Shown here piece after piece: positions 52,072-64,000 of a stretch of 64,000 nucleotides of DNA; within the stretch, counting starts at the first letter, position 1, and each line of letters opens with the position of its first letter. The position numbers and the translations under genes are program-made. This DNA is from the human T2T-CHM13v2.0 reference genome, Homo sapiens. The stretch lies in NCBI RefSeq assembly GCF_009914755.1, contig NC_060938.1, one strand, 5' to 3'. The notes beneath the pieces were generated by a model. The model was not told the origin of the DNA, did not search any database, and saw only the letters and a list, made by a program, of their open reading frames with translations.

Positions 52072-52672
52072 TGTTGGAAGTAAACGCTCAATGCCGCCAA
52101 GTGAAAACAGCACTCAGGCAAAAGTTTTCTCAGCAAGGCAATTTACTTCTATAGAAGGCTGCGTCTCACAGATGGAGCAACGGCAAGAGCACACCGGACA
52201 AGGGAGGGTAAGGGGGTCTTATTCCTAACGCAGCTAGTCCCTACCTCTGTGTCTTTCCCCTATGGGCTAGGGTTGGACCACAAAGTCTAAGCTAATTCCA
52301 ATTGCCTATTTTAAAGAGAGTGAGGGTACAAGCTGGAGTGGCAAGGTGAGTAGTTTCCATGGGAAGGATGGTTACAGAGCAGATGACTAAGAATGACTAA
52401 GGACAGAACAGGTGACTAAGGATGACTACAGACAAAAGAGGTGACAGAGGCTAGGAGGAGGTTGTTTACTGAAACTAGGGGCAAAGAGGCATAAAGAACA
52501 AGGAAGTTAAACTTTAAAATGGAAAACAAAGAACAGGGAAGCTAAACATACTGACATATTGGTTCTTTGAAGAGGAACTCAGAACTCATTGTACTTAACA
52601 ATTTTTCTCCCTCTTGAATTTTAAAGGGAGTTAACAGGCTAAACTTTGAAGAGGAATTTACTGTATCCTACA
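52072..52672 (-). mobile_element. LTR10-family (HERV-I, ERV1) solo LTR
   Basis: Minus strand begins tgtaggatacagtaaattcctcttcaaag; TG...CA termini; 4-bp TSD ctcc at 52068-52071 and 52673-52676. Confidence 0.8.
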
Positions 52673-52689
52673 CTCCCTTCCCTCTAAAC

Positions 52690-53165
<476 letters not shown>

Positions 53166-53167
53166 AG

Positions 53168-53655
53168 ATTCTTTTTTATATTTTTTGTATTTTTTTATTT
53201 CAATAGCTTTTGGGGTACAAGTGGTTTTTTGTTACACGAATTGTATAGTGGTGAATTCTGAGATTTTAGTGCACCCATCACCCAAGTAGTATACATTGTG
53301 CCTAATGTATAGTTTTGTTTTTGTTTTTTTTTATCCCTAGGCCCTCCCCACTCTCCCCATTCTGAGTCTGTAAAGTACCACTCTGTATGCCTTTGCGTAC
53401 TCATAGCTTAGCTCTCACTTATATATGAGAACATACGGTTTTTGGTTTTCCACTTTTATGTTACTTCACTTAGAATAATGGCCTCTGGCTCCATCCAAGT
53501 TGCTGCAAAAGACGTTATTTCGTTCCTTTTGATGGCTTAGCAGTATTCCATGGTATATACATACCACATTTTATTTATCTACTCATTAGTCAATGGGAAC
53601 ACAGGTTGCTTCCACATCTTTGCAATTGTGAACTGTGCTGCTATAAACATGCATG
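53168..53655 (-). mobile_element. 5'-truncated L1 3' end (L1MA/L1PB-like)
   Basis: TSD gagaagcactgag at 53155-53167 and 53656-53668; T-rich tail. Confidence 0.88.
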
Positions 53656-55461
53656 GAGAAGCACTGAGTTTCTGACTCTGAAGTTCATGCTCAGATTTTC
53701 TGTCATTTGGGTCTTTTCTCACTTCCTAAAATAGTGCTCTGCATATGGCCAACGGTTAATGAAAGAACGTTTAAGAAATTCTTGTTGGCATTTATTTAAT
53801 TCCATTTGAAGGAAGAAGACCATTTTTGGGAAGCCAAAACACGTTTACCAATGAGTGGCTTAAACAGAGACAGAAGTATACTAACAACAAGCAAACAGAA
53901 CGGTTCTAGACCTACACAGACAACTCTGTGGAGCGGGACAGATGGGCATAGTAATTCTACTCTCACTCCATGCTACCGCTCTTAATATTCCCTCCCTTCC
54001 TCGTTCATGCTCGCCTTTATCGGAGCTAGTACTAAGCTCTTGTGTTGAGTTCTGCTTCATACACAGGTTAGTAACGCATGGGTTCCATGTTTCTCAGAGC
54101 CGTGTCCTCAAACCCAAAATCTAAGAGTGAGATACTGCACCATTAAGCCAGCACACAGTGGGAAAATAAAAAGCAATTTGGCATGTCAATATTTCTTACC
54201 TTTAAATGTTGTGACCACTGTGACCCAATTCACGTCTTATTTCTGACAGGAGCCAAATCCCAGGCCTGGGTCTTTATCCAATATTTGCCTCCTGTAGCCT
54301 GTCCTATCTAAGTTATTTTAAGGACTGGTAACAACAAAAATTCGGAGTGCCCAACCTCTAATTTCTTCTCTTTGCTCTACCTGATGCAATACCTTAAAGT
54401 AAAAAGAGCCGGCAATTGGCAAATATTTATGAATTAACTGGAGTTCTGTCACAACATTCTTATGGGATCCAACAGTGACAGGATTTAAGAGCAATAATTA
54501 AAGTTACCATCTGTCGAGCACTTATGCTTCACAACAACCCTATGAAGTAAGTAGTAGTCCCACTTAATGAATGAGGAAATTAAGTTTTCAGAAGTTGAAT
54601 AACTTGCCCAGGAAATAGTCAAGATAGAATTCCAGATAACACTTGTCTGAGTCTAGAATCTTTTAACCACTGAACTTATACGATGTCTCACTTGTAAGAT
54701 ACCACTGCAAACGCACTGTGTGAGCAGAGAATCATCTCCCCTCTCCAGGGATAATGTGAGGATCAAATGAGATGAAAAATGTCAAAGCATTTAGGAAAGT
54801 AAAGAAATACAAGACATAATTTAGCACGCTAAAATTGTGTCCAACTAAAAGCCCTAGGTTCTCTATAAATGACAACGGTATATGTGAAAAATGTTCACCT
54901 TTATAATTAGAGCTATCTCATTTAATTCTATATACATTTTTAATTTATCAAATTAGAAAATATTTCTTAAGAGCTCACCCTTGACGTTGGCAAGGAGGTG
55001 GTGAAACTAGCATATTGCTGGTGGCAGCACAAGTTAGTACAATCTTTCTGAGAAGCAAGTTGACAATGTGTTTCTAGACTTTATTAAAACTTGAAATAAT
55101 GTTTTGTAAGAAAAAATAAATTAGGAAAAAAATTTAAGTATAAAGATAGTTAAGAGCATAGATTCTGGAGCCAAATTTCTTGGGTTTAAGTCCCAGCTCC
55201 ACTACTCATTAGCAGTGTAATCTCAGGCAAGTCTCTGTGACTTGGTGTCTAAAATGAGGATAACAATAGCACTGATTTCACTAAGTTATTATGAAGATTC
55301 AGTGGATTATTATATGTTAAGTGCTTAACCCAATGCCTGGCACAATGTAAATACTATATGTAAGTGATATCTATTATTTTTATCTCAGTGTTATTTATAA
55401 TAGCAAAATCTTTCTGACTATAGAAGAATGCTTAAGTACACTATGGTACACTTACAGTGGA

Positions 55462-55765
55462 ATTTTTTTTTTTTTTTTTTTTTTGAGATAGAGTCTCCCG
55501 CTGCGGCCCATGCTAGAGTGCAATGGCACGCTCTTGGCTCACTGCAACCTCTGCCTCCCGGGTTCAAGCGTTTCTCCTGCTCAGCCTCCCAAGTAGCTGG
55601 GATTACAGGCAGCCACCACCATGCCCAGCTGGTTTTTGTATTTTTAGTACAGATGGGGTTTCACCATGTTAGCCAGGCTGGTCTTGAACTTCTAGTCTCA
55701 GGTAATCCACCCACCTCCGCCTCCCAAAGTGCTGAGATTACAGGCGTGAGCCACTGCACCCGGCC
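55462..55765 (-). mobile_element. AluS
   Basis: TSD acttaca(g/a)tggaat. Confidence 0.92.
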
Positions 55766-55854
55766 ACTTACAATGGAATATTGTACAGAATATTAAAAAT
55801 TAGGCTTTAAAAGAATATTTAATTACATATAATGTAAAGTAAAAAGCACAGGAA

Positions 55855-56132
<278 letters not shown>

Positions 56133-56279
56133 TTATGTTGGCTAAAAGAGCACTTTTTACAAATATAGATGCCTAGGAAACAACTGGTAGGAATTACATC
56201 AAAATATTAACAAAGAATACAACTGGGTGTAGACTGGGGGGTTCTTTATACTTTACTGTATTTTCCAAAGTCTCTACAG

Positions 56280-56606
56280 CAGTGTTTCTCACACTTTAAT
56301 AGGTAAACAAATCACCCAGTATGCTCGTTAAAATGCAGCTTCTGGGTTAGTAGGTGTGGGATTTTCAGATTCTGCATTTCTGATAGGTTCTCCTGTGATG
56401 CTGATGATATTGGCCCAAGGTCTACATTTTGAGTAGGAAGGTTTTAAAGCAGCATATCTGAACCAATATACTGGTTAACTGAGACCCACCCTCAGAGTTT
56501 CTGATTTCTTAAGTCTGGAGTAGGATCCTAGGATTTGCATTTCTAACTGTTTCCCAGGTGATGCTGACACTGCAGGTCTGGGGACAGCACTCTGACAACC
56601 GGTGCT
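56280..56606. mobile_element. Two tandem MER5A-like MITEs
   Basis: cagtgtttctcacacttt...tgcatttct...gtgatgctgat motif occurs twice. Confidence 0.65.
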
Positions 56607-57536
56607 CTAGAATCTTTCTTTTTCTTAACATTAAGGAAGGGAGGGCACTAAAAAATATGTCAGGCTTCTCCATTGCCTCCAAAATCAAATCCAAACTCTT
56701 CATCCAAAAGCCCCCATAATCCAACCCAGTCATTTCCCACTACTTCTCATTAGGCTATAAAATCAAACCACTATGCCCTAAACACACCTGAGATTTCAAA
56801 CATCAGGACTTCCGCTGGATTTCCTCACTCCGGCTATGCCACTTCCTTCTACTTCTTCATGCCAAATCCTACCCAGCCTTCAAGGTCCTCAAATGCTATT
56901 TCCTCCATAAAGCCTCCTGATCTACCACTACTCAAAAAGCTACCTCTCCCTCCCCCCCTCAGGGCTGCACAGCACTTTTCGTTCCTCCCCAATGACAGGC
57001 ACCATCTGTACCTGGTCCAGCGACTCTACCGGTGGGTGGTGTATCTTCGCCTGTAGACTGGGAGTTTCTTGAGGTCAGGGGAGTGACTTGCCTATCTTTG
57101 CCTCTTAGCCTTAGCAGATCCCCAGTAGACAGCTGACACTCAGAACCGACCAAAAGAAGGAAGGAATGGGACCTCCTGAGGAAGGGCACAGAACTGTCCT
57201 GTAAATGGAAACTAGACCGGACGCAGGCCAAGCCGATGACCCACAGTAACAGGTGTTCTCCATCTCTGATGTCTGTGATTCATCCTGCACAGCTGCGCGC
57301 ACACAGCACACGCATACACAGGCTCCCAGAATACGGCGCCCCACACGCTGTACCGCCCGTCGCGTTCTGGACGCCCCGGCGACCACACACACCGAGACAC
57401 ACCTCAGCGACAACCTGGATCCACAAAAAGGAGGCCCTGCCCCCTTAAAAAATACTAACACCTTACTGCAAAGAACTAGCAGCTACGGCTTGCGCCTGCG
57501 CCCCTTGTTCCCTGCCGCACCTTTTCTTGTAGTTAA

Positions 57537-58622
<1,086 letters not shown>

Positions 58623-60819
58623 TGACTGTGTTGCTCTGGGGAGAACCCGGGAGGGAGGCGCTTTGGAAAAAGTGTGACTTTCAGGATTATGCCTTTCAAA
58701 GGCCATAATCATCTCTTGTCCCTTCGCTAGCATACATCGTAAATCTCACCTAGAAATGACTGGAAGGGGACCCAGCTGGCCTGGCTATGGCTGCTGCTGC
58801 TACTGCTCACCAGTGGACCTGGGTCCAAAATGCGGAAGCAGCGCCCGGGGTGGGCCCCCGCAGCCACCGCTAGCCCAGCTTTTTCCTGCGGGTGGGTCCC
58901 AAGGGAGGCCACGCACCTGTCTGCTCTCCTTAGGTAGCATGAGCACCAGGATTGGTCCTCGCCTTTTCCCCAACTAACCGCATCCCTGTAGGTAAGATCT
59001 TCCCCAAGTTTTTTGGCCCCAGTAGCAAAGGGGAGTTTGACACCATGCCTTCAGCATCTTGAGCAAAATGGATTCCAGAATGCCACTTTCTTCTCTCTGA
59101 GCTCTGCTGGGGCTCCCGGTTGCCAGGTGAAGATCTCTATCTCAAAAGAAGCTTGGTTCATGGTTGGGCTTGAACTATGCTGCATTCTCCCTCTCCTCCC
59201 TGCCCGTTTCTCACTATGTGTAGCATCAGTCCTCACGCCAGCTGGCTGCTAGGGGTGAAGGAAAAGGGGGCCCTACTCTTGGGCAAAGAAGGTGTACATT
59301 CCAACATTCCCTTTGGGGATAAGAGCCAAAATCAGGGATTTAAAAATTGTTTAATTTAGGCGCAGGAATATTTAAAGTCTCTTAAAAAAAGAAGAGTCTG
59401 GCTCTTGCTAGGGCCTTCCTGGGAGAAGGTGGGAGAGGTTGGCAAAGGCAACTTAAAAAGCATTCTCTCCTCTTCTCTTGCCCCATTTGGTGAGATTCTG
59501 GCATGGTCAACCTTCTCCGACCAAACAAAGGGCAGTTCCTCCTAGTTCCTGACATGTGAGGTTGCCTAAACTGTCTATGGACAGTTAGAGCAGGGTAGGG
59601 GTGGAAGAGTGACTGGGTGTGGCAGGGAATGGTGAATGTGTCTGAAGCCGAGGCAGTGGTGGGGGAGTAAAAATAAATACTGGCAATTCTGCTCGGTTCT
59701 TAAATGCAGATCTCTCTGTTCCCTCTGAGGTTTCTAGTACCAGCCTACCTCTGTCTTCCCAGAATGCCATGCCCAGTCTCATCTTTGATCGGGTAAAACC
59801 CAGGCTACGGAGGCACTTTGTAAATTGTAAAGTACTTTACAGACTTAAAGGATTAATAGAGTAGTAGTAGCAGCAGTTGGAGGAGTGGTGGTGCTAATAG
59901 CAATACTAGCAGTAATAGTAGCAGATAAAATTGTAGTACAGCAAAAATGGACTCTTTCAATCCATTATAAGATACAGCTTGAGTCCTTTAGTTCCTGTAA
60001 GTCTTTGGCATACTGTCTGCTGCCCCATGAATAGTTAAAGGGCAGAGCAGCCATGGGTGGAGGACGAGGCACTGTGGATTGCTAATGCGGTGACTTTGGA
60101 GTGGTAATGGAATCTTATATTTAGTCAGTATTATCCATGGACATTCTAGGGCTGCCAACCAGTGGCTAGCACTGCCTGCCCTCCACCCCAGACGTGGTTA
60201 CTTTTCCATGGTGAAATCAAAGATGTGTCCTTGGTCAGGCCAGCCCAGTCAGGGCGGGACTGAAATCTGGATAGCTCCACCACTCCCATCCTCACCTCAC
60301 ACACTGGAAAACTTCAACGGTGAGAGAATGGAAAGTAGCAATAGCAGATATTCCCCCTCTGCTGCCTTCTCCAGTGCTCACCACTTATATTAATAATTAA
60401 TTGTGTGTGCTGTTAGGCATCCTCCATACATTGTCTCTTTAAATCTTTATAATCTATGTAAAAGAAATATGATCATCAGTTTTGCAGAGAAAAAGCTCAA
60501 GGCTCCGGAGCCATTCTTCTCCAAAGGCAATGTTCTTGTCATCATACTTTGATGCACAAAGTCAGCATCCTCTGGGCCTCTGTCTCACTTGAGCCCAATT
60601 TCAGGTGGGCTCCAAAGCCTTGCACTTTGGAAATTCCTTTGGGAGATCTCAGGCCTGGTAACCAGGAGAAAGAAATAGAATACTTTGATTCAAGGCTCTA
60701 ACGGGCTATTTCCAAATGTCAAGTCTCACAAAAGAACGAAAAGAGTGATTATAAGCAAAGCAATTTTGTCAAAGCCAAAATTCAGCTAGGAGGATGGTTC
60801 AACTTAAAAGTCACTCTGG

Positions 60820-61253
<434 letters not shown>

Positions 61254-62882
61254 TCAATGCCTCTAATATGTATTTTCTTTTGTAAAACACTAAAACGTTT
61301 AAAGAAGAAAATACACAATTACCTCTAATCCAGTTAGAAACCCACTGTGGTGTATTTCCTTCCTGTATTTTTTTCTGTGAATAAATGTAAACAGTTTACA
61401 AAGCTGAGGTCCTCCTGTGTATACAATCAGGTATCCTGCTTTTAATCCCAGTTATTTATGTCAGAAGCATTTTCACATTTCATGAAAATATTTTCATGAA
61501 GATTATTTTAAATAGCAACAGAAAAGTTTTACATGTGTATTTATACTTCTCATTGGCTAGAAAGGAAGGAAAGATGATCACTGGTATTGCTGTTAGAGCC
61601 AGAACAGTGCAGCATGGCCCATGAGATATCTTTTCCCCTGTGTGCCTGCTAAAAGGAAGGAGACCAGCAACTGGAGGTTTATTCTGGAAGAAAGGCCACT
61701 GACCCTTCGACCAGGTCTGCAGCACCAGCTGAGTAGCCCAACAAGCTCCAGGTTCTGGGGGAGTCTGAATATATTTAATCAAGGATCCATCCTCCTTCTA
61801 CACAAAGCTGTGCATAGAGAGACAGGACTGGGTTTTAGGAGGAAGTTGGACTACTAGCCCAGAAGTACCTGGAAAATTAAGCTGTGTTGCTAAGGGCATC
61901 GCTGCTCCAAACAAGAGGTGGTTATGAGGCTTCTGGAATACATCTAGGCTCAGTGAACCCTTGTACTCCACATGGAAGCCTCCAAAAGAATAGCAAGAGG
62001 ACAGCTAGAATGTGCTAAGAGATGTCGGTCTAAAAACCTATTTGGATGACTTGAGGGGACGCATGAAGGGTGTGCAGGCAATTTGCAAAGGGCACCAGGT
62101 TGTGGTCTCTTCTGGCTGGGATTTCCTTTTGGTTGGAAGAGATCTGGCCAGTTGTGCTGGGCCCCTGGGTGTAATTTTTGCGTATCTTGTTTTCCAGGAA
62201 ATTCAAAGAAATAGGTAGGGATCGTTCTGTTTCTACGGAATTTTGAATGATCCTGATACAATGATTAGAAAAGATATCCTGACCTTCCTGGGGAGACATA
62301 GGAATCTGATCTTTACAGAGGCTACAAAGGAAGCATGTATTGGCCTGTTGATGGACTCTTCTTGACATTGAACAAGACACAGGACTCCCCTGGGGCCTTG
62401 GAATGTTCAGTGTAGAACCCTTTGAAGGGCAGAGTCTTTTGCCCTACATCTGTTCCTGTGGGGCTGTGGTGGCCCTAGCAGAAGTGTGATCAAAGGGATA
62501 CAACACACAATAACTTTGTTGGTATTTTCAAATGATGTTCAAGGCTCGAATGCCAGCAGTAGAGATGGAAATCAACAAACCATGGCATTGGACCTGAAGG
62601 CTAGGAGCTTGTGCCTCTGTCCCTGGGATACCTTGTGACCTTGGATAAGCCCCTGCCATTTTACTTTACCTCCATTTTCCCATCTACTCAGAGCTATGTT
62701 TAGGAGATTTTTGTTGATCTTACCAAAGGGGCAGCTAATATCCATTGATCCCAATTGAAGCCTTGGGATAGGGATGTGGCAAGGCCTAGAAGGAAGTCAC
62801 ACTGGGAAATGCCTGGGATGGTGCTGGTTTGAAACAAGCTTTGCTTTTCAGTGCTTGTGGACACGTCTTAAAGCCATGGGAT

Positions 62883-63878
62883 CAGAGCCAGCCACATAAT
62901 TTGCAGGGCCCAGCATGAAATGAAATGTAGGACTCTTTGTTGAAAAGGCAGGGAGGAAGTGTCGCTAAAGATCCTGAAAGATAAAGCTTTTCTCTTTCTT
63001 TTGTTCTCTCTTTCTCTTGACTTGACATGGTGTTTTGCATTTGCTATTTGATGTCATTGCAAATAAAAAATTTTAAAATTTAATTATTAGCATAGATTTT
63101 ACTATTCTTTATGATGTGTGGTGCCAGTTTTAAATGAACTTATAGGAACACTTTACTTATATGAGGAATTATAAAAATTATACAATTTATACTTCTGTAG
63201 CTCATACATGCATATGTATTTATTCTTACTAGAACAGTGGAAATGCTGCACCAAATAAACTAAACTATTTTTATTTCACTTTTTTATATGTGTACTTTAT
63301 ATGCATACTTCATATGTGCACTTTCCACCAGGCTTTCAGATGAGCCAGGAAAGGAAAAGGGAATACACGTGACCCTACCCTTTCCTTCTGTGTCATCATT
63401 TTCAGCATGAGTGGTTGGCTAATATGGGAAAGCAACATAGGTAGGAAAGGATATGATAGGGTTCCTAGATTATTTGTGTTTCTGAGAACATTTTTTTTTG
63501 TCCATGTTTGAAGCCATTTCTAGTTTGAATGGAAAGAATGGCCCTTTGGGACTGGCAGCATATTCATTTAGTTATGGGCATAATTAAGTCTTGATGAACT
63601 CTCACGCATCATGGGGCTCCTAGAATTCTTTGCTCCTGGGGCATTGTGAATGCTATATGCAAATGGGGCAGCAGAGAGTGGTATTGTGCCCATCTCCTCT
63701 GTCCCTGCTCATGCTGTGTTGTCCCATCAGACTTCACTTAAACAAAACACAAGTTTAAAGATAAAGTGACTAAGAATTTCAAGAAGGCAATAGCAGAGTA
63801 TTAAATGAAGTACAGGTTCCTTCTGAGTGTGGGGCTCTATGCAACAGCACAAGTTGCCCACCCTTGAAGCCAGCCCTC
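62883..63878 (-). mobile_element. MER45B/C-like hAT-Tip100 non-autonomous transposon
   Basis: Ends cagagccagc...gccagccctc resemble MER45 TIRs; degenerate 8-bp TSD catgggat/aatgggac. Confidence 0.75.
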
Positions 63879-64000
63879 AATGGGACACCAGAAGATGGCT
63901 GGATGGATACATCTGAGGTGGACAAAATTGGATACAGACTCTAAGGCAGAGTCTAAGAACAAAGGGTATTCAACAGATGTTGGTGTAAAGATGGATGAGT

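Overview
Human (primate) genomic DNA, recognisable as the MED6-TTC9 locus on chr14q24.2. It holds the complete 8-exon MED6 coding sequence on the minus strand (ATG 16659 to TGA 834, 741 nt, 246 aa, all GT-AG). The CpG-island promoter and first coding exon of TTC9 are on the plus strand (58119-58524). The ~41 kb between them is mostly repeats: Alu, L1, L2, MIR, ERV LTRs, Tigger2, hAT MERs and a 7SL retrocopy. MED6 intron 3 carries an obvious KRT18 processed pseudogene. Directly beside it, and missing from the ORF track, is a heavily decayed intronless double-homeobox DUXA-like retrocopy (9895-10467, minus). Other notable structures are a ~180-bp foldback whose loop was copied from 1.07 kb away (36414-36595), a strong-Kozak uORF and an in-frame CGG/polyGly tract in the TTC9 leader, an LTR10 with tandem AP-1-like motifs upstream of TTC9, and a C/D-box snoRNA-like motif. 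There are no CRISPR arrays or prokaryotic features. Repeat subfamily names and numbered gene symbols come from memory of consensus sequences and annotation, not from a search.
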